A DNA stretch of 64,000 nucleotides from Antedon mediterranea (taxonomy: Eukaryota > Animalia > Echinodermata): positions 16,526,912 through 16,590,911 of the forward strand of contig NC_092675.1 in the NCBI RefSeq assembly GCF_964355755.1, written 5' to 3'. This document shows positions 1 to 13,900 of the stretch, in pieces; positions within the stretch are counted from its first letter, which is position 1; every line of letters starts with the position of its first letter. The notes beneath the pieces were generated by a model that saw only the letters and a program-made list of their open reading frames with translations, did no database searches and had not been told where the DNA came from. A program made the position numbers and the translations under genes.

Positions 1-565
1 TTTTCATGTTTTTTGTATTTTGCAATTTTTTTGTTTTTGAAGTTTTTTATCTTTTTTTTGCTAGTTTTGTAAATTTACATTGTGGTCTAGTTTTGATTTT
101 TAGCTTTAAAACCGGTGGTAATTACACATGTCGCGAATTGAACTCGAACATACTAAGCATTGATATCAATGGTTACGGCGATTTGCTCACTGAGCCAAAC
201 CGTGATTTACGGTCATTCTGTTCAAAGAATAGGTGTAATTAATTAAAACTTCAATGACACGATCATTCGATACGGTTGACTAAAGACAGCTGCCCGCATG
301 GTATTTGTAGATCCGGCCATGGCGGTACACAACACAGGAGGTTGCGTAGTTTATACAGTGACGTAACATGGTCGCTGAGACGTCAAATTACTGCCATTTT
401 TTCCTTTTTTTTAGTGTTTATCCTTAAAATTCAAGAAAGTGACATAGTCTATCGTGTGCGGCCCATCAATAAATATCAGTGTGCCAAATGTGAGCACGTA
501 CCGTTCAGTGGTTTTGGAGGAGATACGTAGAATACGCGAACCATTTAGTAGCATTAATATATAGA
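1..565 (-). mobile_element. 5' part of a non-autonomous Helitron-like element, running off the window start
   Basis: Minus strand begins A|TCTATATATTAAT at 566/565, a Helitron-type 5' TC end. It shares the downstream TATCTCCTC motif with the complete Helitron at 34993. Confidence 0.5.
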
Positions 566-659
566 TGCAGTAGTATGCAAATTCATTTTGGAGAAAATTG
601 TAGAGTAGAATGCCAATAGGGTCACTATCTCATGAAATGCAGCAATATACTGTATGTTT

Positions 660-2540
660 TACAGTAGAGTCTACTTCTATTCATGGGACACTTCTATTCT
701 GAGGACACCTCTATTCTGAGGACACCTCTATTCTGAGGACACCTCTATTCTGAGGACACCTCTATTCTGAGGACACTTCTATTCTGAGGACACTTCTATT
801 CTGAGGACACTTCTATTCTGAGGACACTTCTATTCTGAGGACACTTCTATTCTGAGGACACTTTTATTCTGAGGACACTTTTATTCTGAGGACACTTTTA
901 TTCTGAGCACACTTCTATTCTGAGCACACTTCTATTCTGAGCACACTTCTATTCATGGGACACTTCTATTCATGGGACACTTCTATTCATGGGACACTTC
1001 TATTCTGAGGACACTTCTATTCTGAGGACACTTCTATTCTGAGGACACTTCTATTCTGAGGACACTTCTATTCTGAGGACACTTCTATTCTGAGGACACT
1101 TCTATTCTGAGGACACTTTTATTCTGAGGACACCTCTATTCTGAGGACACTTCTATTCTGAGCACACTTCTATTCATGGGACACCTCTATTCTGAGGACA
1201 CCTCTATTCTGAGGACACTTCTATTCTAAGGACACTTCTACTCTAAAGGACACTTCTATTCTGAGGACACTTCTATTCTGAGGACACCTCTATTCTGAGG
1301 ACACTTCTACTCTAAAGGACACTTCTATTCTGAGGACACTTCTATTCTGAGGACACTTCTATTATGTGGACACTTCTATTTAGGGGACACTTCTATTTAG
1401 GGGACACTTCTATTCTGAGGACACTTTTATTCTGAGGACACTTCTATTCTGAGCACACTTCTATTCTGAGGACACTTCTATTATGTGGACACTTCTATTC
1501 TGAGGACACTTCTATTCTGAGGACACTTCTATTATGTGGACACTTCTATTCTGAGCACACTTCTATTCTGAGCACACTTCTATTCATGGGACACTTCTAT
1601 TCATGGGACACTTCTATTCATGGGACACTTCTATTCTGAGGACACTTCTATTCTGAGGACACTTCTATTCTGAGGACACTTCTATTCTGAGGACACTTCT
1701 ATTCTGAGGACACTTCTATTCTGAGGACACTTTTATTCTGAGGACACCTCTATTCTGAGGACACCTCTATTCTGAGGACACTTCTATTCTGAGCACACTT
1801 CTATTCTGAGCACACTTCTATTCATGGGACACCTCTATTCTGAGGACACCTCTATTCTGAGGACACTTCTATTCTAAGGACACTTCTACTCTAAAGGACA
1901 CCTCTACTCTAAAGGACACTTCTATTCTGAGGACACTTCTATTCTGAGGACACCTCTATTCTGAGGACACTTCTACTCTAAAGGACACTTCTATTCTGAG
2001 GACACTTCTATTCTGAGGACACTTCTATTATGTGGACACTTCTATTTAGGGGACACTTCTATTTAGGGGACACTTCTATTCTGAGGACACTTTTATTCTG
2101 AGGACACTTCTATTCTGAGCACACTTCTATTCTGAGGACACTTCTATTATGTGGACACTTCTATTCTGAGGACACTTCTATTATGTGGACACTTCTATTA
2201 TGTGGACACTTCTATTCATGGGACACCTCTATTCATGGGACATTTCTATTCTGGGGACACTTCTATTATGTGGACACTTCTATTATGTGGACACTTCTAT
2301 TCTGAGGACACTTCTATTCTGAGGACACTTCTATTTAGGGGACACCTCTATTCTCAGGACACTTCTATTCTGAGGACACTTCTATTTAGGGGACACTTCT
2401 ATTCTGAGGACACTTCTATTCTGTTGACACTTCTATTCTGAGGACACTTTTATTCAGGGACATTTCTAGTCTGGGGACACTTCTATTCTGAGGACACTTT
2501 GTTGGGCCGGTCCTACGTCTGTTTAAGGGTTCTTACTGTC
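660..2540 (+). repeat. 17-bp minisatellite (TTCTATTCTGAGGACAC consensus, ~105 units) inside a probable Tc1/mariner-type MITE
   Basis: Tandem units are directly visible at 675-2500. The array is preceded by TA|CAGTAGAGT and followed by GGTTCTTACTGT, a degenerate inverted terminus. Confidence 0.9.
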
Positions 2541-2544
2541 TTAA

Positions 2545-3192
2545 TTTACAATAATTAAAGCTGTATGTGATAGTAAAACGCTAATCGCCGAAATCAGCAA
2601 ATCTATAGTTGATCAGGTTACTGACAGTGTTTATGACAGCGTTGCCATGGACAACGGTGTAACGGCGGCAAACATATCTAATCTTCGTGAACAGAATGAC
2701 ACTTTATTAGCTGAAAACAGAGCAATGGGGGATAAACTCGATGAATTAGAACAGTATAGCAGACGTAACTGTCTACTATTACATGGTGTTCCAGAGTCTT
2801 TTAAGGAAAATACAGATACACTGGCACTTGACGTAATAACAACAAAGATCTCAGAAGGGGTTGAACTTTGTGATATTGATCGCACACATCGTTTAGGCAG
2901 AAAGAAACTAAATCCTGGCACCGATGTATCTAAATCCAAACCAAGACCTATCATTATTAAATTTACCTCATATCGCACTCGCTCTGATGTTTTTCGCAAT
3001 AAATGACAACTAAAAAAATCTGGTTACTCAATTACTGAGAACCTAACATTGAGACACTTAAATCTGTTACATCTAGCAACACGTAGTGAATCGGTTGAAG
3101 CTGCCAGGTCCACAGATGGAAGAGTACACTGTCTGCTAAAGAACAAGAAAAAGATCGTCATCAGATCAGATTCTGACCTCAACCATCTTTGA
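2545..3192 (+). pseudogene. LINE ORF1 (L1 ORF1p/Transposase_22-like RRM and C-terminal domain), 5'-truncated, one internal stop
   Basis: LDELEQYSRRNCLLLHGVPE, IDRTHRLG, PRPIIIKF. The frame continues past TGA 3004-3006 as QLKKSGYSITENLT...STDGRV to the stop at 3192. Confidence 0.85.
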
Positions 3193-3779
3193 GTTTCCGC
3201 CCAAATCAGGAACGGATCAACAAACAGCTAAGTATTCCTTACTTAACACAAACTCATAACTGAAAACAACATTCATAAAAGACGCTCTTCTTTTTCCTTC
3301 ATATTATTCATCATATTAATTTCATTTATCAATCATTATTTTGATAATCATAATTACTACTTCTATTTTCATCATTAACTTTTGTTTGACAATGTTTTTA
3401 TTATTAAACTGGTGAGAGTGGCTGGATCACGAATGAGAGGCATGAAGAAGATGAAGTGGACAGAAGAGAAGAGGAAGTGGTCAGCCAGGGAAACAATGCC
3501 AAGCATCAAGATAACTTATATACTTTTTGAATGGAAAATAATAATAATTTAACACTTTAAACATAAATACACGTCTCCATCATTTTAAATTTTAATTTTT
3601 AAAAATTTTTGTTTGTTGCTGTTTTCATTCATCATATCATTTTTTTTTGTTATCAATATCTGCAGTTAACTTAATTTTAACCAAATGTTAAATTGCAATT
3701 TTGATTCTGTTTTTTCCTCTCTTTTTTAAGTACGTTAAGTCGTAGTTTTTTGTTTTTGTAACACATATTTTTTTTTGGT

Positions 3780-6761
3780 ATGTACTATGCAAATGATATA
3801 GACTCTAGCACCTCGGAACATGACCGACTAACCAACCTAATTTTTTCACCCTTTTTAAATGATTCTGACAATTTTACTACTAATATTGATCCTGATACAC
3901 ATTTTTTCTCTAACGACCAAAACTTATCTCAATACTACTACCCCAACTCATTCCCGAATACTAAATCGGACTGCTTTTCTACAATTCATTTTAACTCTAG
4001 AAGTATCCTTAAAAACATTGATCAAATTAAACAACTCTTAGAAGCAACAAAGCATCAATTTGATGTCATTGGTGTAAGTGAAACCTGGCTTAAATATGAT
4101 AACCCTCTTGTACAGCTCCCTAATTACCATTTTACTGCAAATCACAGAGACCATAAAGTCGGTGGTGGCGTTGCCATGTATATTCGTGATAGCCTTCAGT
4201 ATTCCACAAGAAATGACTTGACTCTACACCCCTCTACATGCGAATCAATTTTTATCGAAATTACCAGACCAAATTAAAAAAACATTGTAATTGGAACAGT
4301 TTATAGGCCCCCCCCTCCCCCCTTTTTTTGACCCAAACACATTTTCAGATGAAGTAGATTCTGTTCTTTCCACATTATCCAAAGGAAACAAGATTGTGTA
4401 TATCCTTGGCGATTTCAATATTGACATTCTCAAATATGAATTTGATAATGAAGCTCGCCATTTTATAAATTCACTGTTTAGTATTCACAAACCATCCCGT
4501 ATATCTAAAACCACTGCTACTCTGCTTGACAACATTTTTACAAATCAGTTCGATCATCACAACATAAGTGGTTTACTGTATTGTGATATCTCTGATGATC
4601 TTCCTGTTTTCAATATTTCTTTATTAATAATGTTTCAACTGGCTCAAATAGGGAAGAGATTCATGAGTTCAGAAAAATAAACTATACATCCCTGCAAAAC
4701 TTTCGCATTGATGTGGCTTCACAACAATGGCTTGAAGTTATAAACACTGACGATCCCAACACTGCATATAAACACTGACGATCCCAACACTGCATATAAA
4801 CACTGACGATCCCAACACTGCATATAAACACTGACGATCCCAACACTGCATTTAATAATTTTGACAATAAATTAAAATCACTTTATAATAAACACTTTCC
4901 CCTCCAAAAAATAAAAAAATCCTGGATGACTAATGGATTGCTAAATTCAGTTAAATATAAACACAAACTTTATTCTAAATTCCTCCACTGTCCTTCTGTC
5001 GCCAATGAAAAAACATACAAAAAATTTCGCAATAAACTAAATACTTTGGTCAAACTGGCTAAAAAATTACATTACAAGGACACTTTCATTAAACATAAAA
5101 GTAATATCAAGGCAACCTGGAAAACCATCAATTCACTACTCAAAAACCCCAATAATCGAAACTCTGATATCCCTATCAACTGTAACGGTGAACTGACTAA
5201 AGATCCCAATACAATATGTAATGCTTTTAACAAATACTTTGTAGAAATCGGTCCCTCCCTTGCTAACAAAATTCCCCATGTCAACAACTCATTTAAAGAC
5301 TTTCTGCCAAATCCAACTCATAATTCTTTATTTCTTAATCCAGTTGATGAGACGGAAGTTATAAAAATTATCACATCCTTTGAAACAAACAAATCCCCTG
5401 GCATTGACGATTTTAAAATTAAACCCATTAAATATGTCGCCAATTTGATCTCCTTCCCTTTATCCCATATTTTTAATCTTGTTTTAACTAATGGTTTGTT
5501 CCCAGACAGGATGAAGATAGCGCGCGTTACTCCTATTTATAAGTCCGGAAACAAATCTGATCTCTCCAACTATCGTCCTATCTCAATTCTTTCAATTTTC
5601 TCGAAAGCCTTGGAGAGAGTGATTTATGAACGTACGTCCTCATTCATAAATAAATACAACATTCTCTACAAAAAACAATTTAGATTCAGAAAAAGCCACA
5701 ATACTGCATCTGCTCTAATCGACCTAACTAATAAAATTGTTGATGGTTTCGAAGACCGTCACCTCACATTAGGAATTTTTATAGACCTCTCCAAGGCTTT
5801 CGATATAATTGATCACAATATACTCTTATTCAAATTATCTCACTATGGAATCCGTGGCCCTGCATTAAATCTCTTCAAAAGTTACCTCTCTAATCGTGTC
5901 CAATGCACAAAATTCTCCAATTCAATCTCTAACTTCAATCATGTAACTTGTGGTGTTCCCCAAGGCTCCTTACTCGGTCCCCTTTTATTTATTCTGTACA
6001 TTAACGATATCTATCTTTCTTCCACATTACTTGATTTTTACCTATACGCTGACGACACAACTGTCACTTATTCTCACCCTGAAATCCAAACTCTGTTTAA
6101 TACTACCAACTCCCACCTAGAGATGTTGTCCCAATACTTTGCTGCTAATAAACTTTCTATAAACCATAAAAAATGTAACTTCATCCTGTTTGGGACTCCC
6201 CAGAAGTTAAAAAATGTTGACCCATCACTATACAATATTACCATTGAAAATATAAACATCCCCTCTGTTCAATCAGCAAAATTCTTAGGTGTTTATCTTG
6301 ACTCTGGCCTGACGTGGAAAACACATATTAGTGTAACTGAAAACAAAATTTCCAAAAGCCTTGGTATTATTTTTCGTTTGTCTTCATATTTACTCACTAA
6401 TATCCTACGCATCCTGTATTGCTCTATGATTCTTCCCTATTTGAGTTATTGTAATATTGTTTGGTGCAACACATACCCCACAAACCTTAATAAATTGCAT
6501 ACCCTCCAAAAGAAGGCTATAAGAATTATATCTGGCGCGCCTTCGCTTTCCCATTCCTCTCATTTATTTTCAAATCTTAATCTCATCAAACTTAATGATA
6601 TCAATTTAATTCAACAAACCATTTTTGTCTACTCTGCCTTAAACAACATCCTTCCTCACCATCTTTGTTATCTATTTACTTCCAATTCCTTCTATCATTC
6701 CCATCACACACGTACTAAAAATAAATTATCTATACCCTCCCACAAATTCTTTCCAACATAA
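3780..6761 (+). pseudogene. LINE ORF2: apurinic endonuclease + reverse transcriptase, disrupted by stops and frameshifts at about 4277-4925
   Basis: APE motifs NSRSI, GVSETWL, GDFNID, ISDDLP. RT motifs NYRPIS, DLSKAFD, GVPQGSLLGPLLF, YADDT, KFLGV. Confidence 0.93.
4741..4852 (+). repeat. 28-bp tandem repeat x4 within LINE ORF2
   Basis: TAAACACTGACGATCCCAACACTGCATA at 4741, 4769, 4797 and 4825. Confidence 0.95.
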
Positions 6762-8234
6762 CATTCGATAATCTGGACCCACCCTATGGGACAACCTACC
6801 ACCCTCCATTTTAAAATCTGCTTCCCCTAAGATACTTCTCTCAAAATTAAAAAAATACACCTTTTCTACTTATTAAATTTTTATTAATCGGTCATGTCTC
6901 GATCTGCAGTACCAACAGATTTTTTTTTTCTGTTATTCATATTTTAGATTACGAAATTTATTATGATTTTCTTCAATGCATTTCTTTTCTTTTTTATTTG
7001 TGTTAAGGCTCGCCCAACACAAGATGTTACAAACATCTTTCAGGGCTTTTGCCTTAATTTTCTGATATACTTTTATAATTCTGTACAATCCTGTTTCTTG
7101 TTTTCCTACTGTATGTATTCAGATTTTGTAAATAAATGTCTATTGAATTGAATTGAATTGAATGAATCATTAAGGATGTATGCATAAACTTAAACTGATA
7201 TCCTGTTTTGTTTCACAGCTTCACCTCACTACTGAGTGATATGAACAAATAAATTCATACTTACAATTTGTATGGTCAATTGAATCACGGACCTATAAAT
7301 TACAGGTCCATGATTGAATAAATAACTTGTAATTAAATATAGTTAGAAGTGTCAATAGCACTGAAGCACCTGCAAATGAGCTATTATTAAGTGTAATTAA
7401 TAACAAAAATCAATGCTAGACAAGGTGTAAAAGAATATTCTGCATATCACAAGCATAATATGCAGGTAGCAGGAGATGAAGACAAAGCATTCAACTATTA
7501 TGATTCAATTGTCATATAGCAGTACACAGGTGGTGGTACCAGGCAGGCGATATGGTGTGCTTGTTTTAATTCTTTACTGTATATTAATATCTACTACATA
7601 TTACCCTCACAAGGTTGTAGTGCAAGCCTATTACACTCGGCACTAAGACACAACAATGTATAAAAAAAAGTCGGGAGAAATCTTATGGGGAATTATATTA
7701 AAAGTGCCCTTCTATTTAATATAGATTCTGCATTTGTTCTGGTAATACCGTAACCAATATAAACAATACTGTAATTATAGCAAAGATTGTATTGTCTGTT
7801 TATGGCCATTGATGGTAGCTAATAAAATGGAATTGAAAAGATATATATATTTAGGCATATGCGACTGGGTTGTTTTGAGTAGATAATCAACAGATCTATA
7901 CTAAAAATTCTCACTTTTTATGTGAGCAAGAAGAGGTGTTTGCGAGTAACCAATCAAATACACTTATTGATGTTCAACATAATTATATAATTTTCATATT
8001 ACCTGTGTTATAAATGGGGAAATTGATTTAGTCTATAGAGGGCCTGATTCACAATTTTTCACAAATTCATTTAAAACAGTTAACCAAAATTACCTTAAGT
8101 AATAAGTCTAAAATTACTTAAGTCTAGAATTATTGAAAAAAGAGAGAGGGAAAGAAAAATGGAAATAAACAGAGACAAGCTGGATCTTTTCGTATAAACC
8201 AAAAAAATAATATTTGGTTGAATCAATAACTCAC

Positions 8235-9145
8235 CTCAATATACCATACCGACAACTTGTTTCTTGTAGTAGATCCTCCACGACTAAAATGTTTACCCTC
8301 AGAGTGAGCTTTCTTGGGCTTCTTGACAGACCCACCCCTGCAGCTAGCTCCAGGCAACACAACACTTTTATTACTTTTTGGCGATTCCTTTTGATTGTTC
8401 CCATCTAAATTATGTGCTTCTTGTTTTAAATTTTCAATAAAATCGTTTGGTATTAAATCATATAAATTTTCCTCATAATTTTCTTTTTCTGTAACATAAT
8501 CATCCTTTTTGTCCATTTCGTTAGATGGTGATGAAAGACCATTAAAAAGATGTACACTATATTCAATATTATTGCACGAATTTCGGTTAGCTGTTAGAAA
8601 ACCATTTTCAGAATTCTCATTGGTCACCTTATTTTGATTGGTTGATTGTTTATCTGTACCATTCAAACATGATGTTTTTGCACGTTTATGAACAACAGCG
8701 TATAAACATTCAACATCTTCTGAAATTACAGACTTACAGTTCCCTTTACTAGTTTCTTCCTCAAAACCATAAAGTTCATAAACATCATCATTATCGTCGT
8801 CGCTTGCTATTTCAGTTGAGTTACCAAATTTGTCTGAGACATCGGTGTATTCGTAATCATCATCTTCGAACGGTATCTCTTCATAAATATGACGATCACC
8901 ATCTACTTTTGATCGTCTCTTTTGTCTCCTTGGAATAGCGGGTGGAAGTTTAAGGTCCTCATTTTCATAATTTATATCAGTTTCTGACAAACTTGTTTTA
9001 TTGCACTTTGAATTCTTTTTAGCAACTGGAATATTCACATAATCTCTTTCATTGTCTATTTCTTGTTTGTTCAATTTCTTTTTACCAAACATGCGATCTG
9101 GAGACAGACCAACAGACGACCATATATCATCCTCTTCTGCTGTCA
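8235..9145 (-). CDS. Large coding exon of an unidentified gene: disordered, acidic, Tyr-motif-rich region
   Basis: About 300 open codons in very AT-rich DNA. Acceptor tttcag|TG at 9146/9145 is phase 1 and matches the upstream exon. Donor GAG|gtgagt at 8235/8234. Confidence 0.8.
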
Positions 9146-9516
9146 CTGAAATATTTAAAAAATATATATATTTGAGTGCAAAATAAAAAACTCTAAAACT
9201 CACAGTTGCTGTATATTACTCAAAATAAACGAGATTATTTTAATAATAGTTCACTTTAAAATAGTATGATTTGTATGGTTGAATGGCGAGAACATTTTTG
9301 TTTGTTAAAATCCTGACTGTCCTACTAAACTTAACTCTGCCTTGTTAAAATAGAACAGTCAATCTTTCAAATGACAATATTCTCACCATTCAACTCATCC
9401 TTTTATATTGCAGGTTTTCCAATGATTGTCATTTACACAGAAAATTTATTTAATATTTAAAATGTGAATAATTATTGATTGACAAAGAACATATCAAGTT
9501 CTACGAAATTTCATAT

Positions 9517-9650
9517 AAATTCAACTGCTATTAAATATGAATTCAACTGCTATTAAATATGAATTCAACTGCTATTAAATATGAATTCAACTGCTATTAA
9601 ATATGAATTCAACTGCTATTAAATATGAATTCAACTTCTATTAAATATAT
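9517..9650. repeat. 22-bp minisatellite, about 6 copies
   Basis: TGAATTCAACTGCTATTAAATA repeated. Confidence 0.9.
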
Positions 9651-9954
9651 ATTATACTTTATGTACAAGGAAATAGGACAAATAAAGTGAAAAACATATT
9701 AAATGTGACTAAGTATAATGTGACGATCTCATACTAATCGTCACTAAGTCCTCCAAACAGATCTACATTGCTGATGGCGCTATACAGCCATGAATATGGT
9801 TTATATAATTTTGAATAAAGTACAGTATGTAACAACACATTGTATGTCAAGCATTAAAATCAATATATCAATAATAAAGAAAATACATAGTTAATAAATG
9901 TAATCAATAGGTATGTTCTGACAGGAAGTATATACCTATGCACAGAATGAAATA

Positions 9955-10037
9955 AAAAAATGACACATGTGTTGGTACTAAATAAATGACACATATGTTG
10001 GTACTAAAAAAATGACACATGTGTTGGTACTAAAAAA
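9955..10037. repeat. ~26-bp tandem repeat x3
   Basis: AAATGACACATGTGTTGGTACTAAA repeated. Confidence 0.85.
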
Positions 10038-10065
10038 CTAACTATCAACTAACAAAGGTCTCATT

Positions 10066-10385
10066 TGACTAGCAATGGAATAGCAACGCAAAAAACAAGG
10101 TGGATTTTAAAAGAAATAGGTTTATTAAAACTACTCGTATTAAAAAGCCGATACATTAAATCAATTTATGTTTTAAAATTACAAATTATAACCCTTGCCT
10201 CTTGTCCAAAAATGAAGTTTTTTGGACAAGTATCTAGGCAAAGTATATATCTATCTACACCGACAAATTCAGAATGATAACTTGAAAATTGTATGTGCTA
10301 TCGTGCTTTAAACAAACAAACATACATACAAACACAGCAACTACTATACTTGGCAAAATGTTATTATAATTTTGCCAAGTAATGA
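10066..10385 (-). mobile_element. Helentron/DINE-1-like non-autonomous element fragment
   Basis: Shares CTTGCCTCTTGT.CAAAAATGAAGTTTTTTGGACAAGTA with 62410-62452. Has an (ACAA/ACAT) microsatellite and a 13-bp stem hairpin at 10347-10381. Confidence 0.6.
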
Positions 10386-12049
10386 AAGGCATTCCAGTTC
10401 AGTAGAGCATTTGAAAAAAAAAACAACCATAAACAAGATATTCGAGACCTCAGACACTGACAAATTTTAGTTTTCCCAAAATTTTTTTTATTTATATAGC
10501 TTTTACGACATACATTATTGATCAATTGTATTCTATTTTTCATAACTATGGACCGGTTTCTTTTTTTTTTTTTTTTTTTGACCATATTTATTTAATGAGG
10601 GTGATCCATCCAGCAATTGTTGATCATTAGGGACCCTCAGAGGTTCACAAGTCTTTGGGAGTGGTAGCCAAGCATAACCACCAAGCCACAACTGCAAAAA
10701 TGCTGCATTATGCTGAATAACAATTTATTTGAAACATTTTTACGCTCAGACACATTTCTGCTAAATATCTGCTCCTACAAAATTGGGTAAATCATTGGGC
10801 AATCATCAACAAAAAACCTTAATATTACATCAAACGTTCAAGATGGTACAGTAGTCAGGCGCATTTATGAAATACTTAGCCCCCCCTAATCTATAATGCT
10901 GGATCTGGAATGTCGGTCACTCAAATAATTGTTGTTTTGGATTATTGTACAGCTAAAAGTTACACTGCGATGTTTTTAACCGTTATTTTGACCTGTTTCT
11001 GCTGCCAAGAAATTGGAGGTCATTTATTTACAGTTAATAATCAGTTATTTTTTCACAGCAGAAAAGAAACCCACTAAAAAGAAAATCTTTTTTTAACAGT
11101 TGTCTGAAATGTTTTTATTTTATTAACGTTTGTGTTGACATCCTTTTTTATTAAGTGTAGTATTTTACTTCATAAAATGTACTCAACTAGAAGTGAACTG
11201 CAACTGCTAGTTATGAGTAGGAATGAATGTACACCCCCGAGAAGACTTATACGGAAATCTACCTAATTCAACATAATCTAATCAATATGAGAGAACAGTA
11301 TACAACAACTACAGTACAGCAATCTTGTTGCTTCCACTAAGTTCCCAACAACACATAAGGTATGGATTTTATTAATAATACAAACACCTAGTTCAGGTAG
11401 AAGCCCACCTGGGACATTAGCCACCTCAAATAAGGAATAATTTTCATACAATCTATTTGGGCATAGGCTAAAAACCACAATATTACTATTTTTTGAGGAG
11501 AGAGATTTCTTTTAAATAATGATTGAAATAATTTTACAGCGAAATGAAATATAGGAGCTACCCCAAATAATTAAAATGTCCTAATTTCCACTTCATTTTC
11601 AAAGATATTAAGAAAGAAACTTACAGATAAGATAACATTTTTTATCCAAGATTAAAATGATGAGTACTACCTGAACTATCGTTTGAATCTACAGCTTAGC
11701 AACAATTACTCACTAATGAATGAGTCAAATTCTACGCATCCTATCAAAATATTATATACATATACATCATCAATATTTTGTCACATTGAAATGCATGGGT
11801 TGGTTTAGTAGACGCGATATATCTGATCAATTAAACAACTAATTTGTAACAAGGTTGTGGAGATCCTCTCACCTCACTGAATTCAATAAATCAATGTGAC
11901 ACCAACTAATCATCTGCAAGGACCATCAATATAATAGATTTCTTTTTTCCATTCATTTATCCATTTAAAAATTCTTTTTTTTTTCTTACAAATGCCACTG
12001 CCTGTTTTTTATTACTTGTATTGGCAAAATAGAATTCTTAGTATCCTTA

Positions 12050-12800
12050 TTATAAGTCTAAAAAGGGCCAATCTGGAAAAAAAAAATTTCAGCTCATCTG
12101 GCCTGAGGAAAGCCGCCATTTTGGATTTTTGAAATGGCTGCCATAAAATACAGATTTTTGCTCATATATCAGCTTAATCATGTATGGATATGATTTTATG
12201 CACAAATGTATATCTAGCTGCATCTCATCATCTCAAGGCCAGTGGTATAAAAATTATAACCCTGTCCAAGCAGGGAGATGTAAGATCATCTCCCTGGTCC
12301 AAGGAGCATCCTACAAGCCCGTTTCTGTAGCTTATGGTGGCCAATTTGACAATCAAAATGGTACTAGCCATTGAGTGAACTACAAAAAGCTGTATTTAGA
12401 TTTCTTGACTCTCAAGACATACACTTTGCTACTCAAAATCACTTCCATAGGCCTACACGATATAAGCTGAGGTAAGCGGACAAATCTGTAAATTTTATGG
12501 CAGCCATTTTGAAAAGAAAAAAGGGGGCGGCCATTGGGTGAACTTCAAAATGGTGAATTTAGATTCCTTGATCCTCAAAACATACACTTTGCTACCAAAA
12601 TTATTTCCATACATGATGTAGAAGAGGAGATATGAGCAAAAACCTCTATTTTGTGGTGTCCATTTTGAAAATCCAAAATGGCGGCTTTCCCCATATGACA
12701 CAAATCAGTTGAGAAAGTGGAAAGTGGGTTTGTTTGTTAGCACTACCGTATGAATGACTTAATAAATCAAATCTGAAATTATCATTCTGAATATTTTGGT
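12050..12800. mobile_element. Degraded unclassified DNA-transposon remnant
   Basis: Repeated GCCGCCATTTT/AAAATGGCGGC-like motifs in both orientations and an internally duplicated CATACACTTTGCTAC segment. Confidence 0.4.
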
Positions 12801-13674
12801 GAAAATAGGTATATACTTACAGAACATGTCTATTGAAATTCAAGAAAATTATTGGTTCATTAATAACTTCAGAAATTAAAAAAGAACAATTTGTATTCCT
12901 CTAATGGGTGGAAATATCAACATGCACCCTCTGTGGCAATATTTTGCTATGTACTTCACTCAGTTTCTGAGTGTATTTCTCAATAGTTGTCATGATTTTA
13001 TTTGTTTACCTTTTTGTTTTCTAGTAGACAAACAATTTAATTAATTAGAATATTGTACAACAATCTAGGTTTCGCATAGATATTCATAAGATTTTATTCT
13101 GAAGTTTGAGCACCTCTATTCCATTTTAATACCACATTTAGATCACATATTTATTAAATGATAAAATTACACAAGAAAACGTCTGACATGTTAACAACAG
13201 ATAAACGAAAACAAATTGCTTATAATTGCATGGTATTTGTTTTGCAACACATTGTATATCTCACTTAAGCTACCATCATTAGTATTGATACCCTTGCCTT
13301 AAAAAATAATAACATTTAAGAGCAACAAACATCAACACGCTCTGACTTGCATAAAACATTTAAAACATCGGAAATAAATCATAATTGATTAATCAACTGG
13401 TTTTATGTGAGTTACAGATGCTCTATTTGCTCAAGTTTCTCAACGCAAGACAATTACATGACAAGTCACATGGTTTGTCAAATATTGTCTGAAATGTACA
13501 AGAAGAGAAATGAATCCATCCACGCCTCAATTTTAATCTATCTCTGAATCCGGTAAGTATTAACATACAATATAACTTTACATAAAACATAATTATAAAC
13601 CTAATTTGCATAATTTTTTTCAAGTAAAGATTATTAATAACTGTAGAGGCTTCTTCATCTAAAAAGCATTAAAA

Positions 13675-13900
13675 GTATTAATAATAAATAATATTCATTG
13701 TCATATAGCGCTTTTTGCACAACAATTTTTTTCCAACACGAATGGAAACATACTGCCATAGGTCTTGATCTAACCGGGTATCCATTTATATACCTGGGTG
13801 GAGACATGCAAACGTAAGTGTCTTGCTTAAGGATACAAGCAATGCAGCGAGAGTCAGATTCAAACTCACGATCTCACAATCAGTAATCGAATGTCCAACA
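13675..13900 (-). mobile_element. tRNA-derived SINE (family B)
   Basis: Reverse complement matches 56858-57160 (TATCCTTAAGCAAG, CCACCCAGGTATATAAAT, GGTTAGATCAAGAC, AGCGCTATAT tail). Confidence 0.7.

Larger units (their letters stand above)
2545..7167 (+). mobile_element. Near full-length decayed CR1/L2-group LINE (ORF1 + APE-RT ORF2)
   Basis: ORF1-like coiled coil/RRM region, endonuclease and RT motifs in order, then a 3' UTR ending AATAAA...(TTGAA)n at 7131-7167. Confidence 0.92.

Noticed and set aside
675-2500. CRISPR array or hammerhead ribozyme array (units contain CTGAGGA)
   Set aside because: Units are contiguous with no unique spacers, there are no cas genes, and the GAAA half of the hammerhead core and the stems are missing. 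The ORF at 2151-2441 is a repeat artefact.
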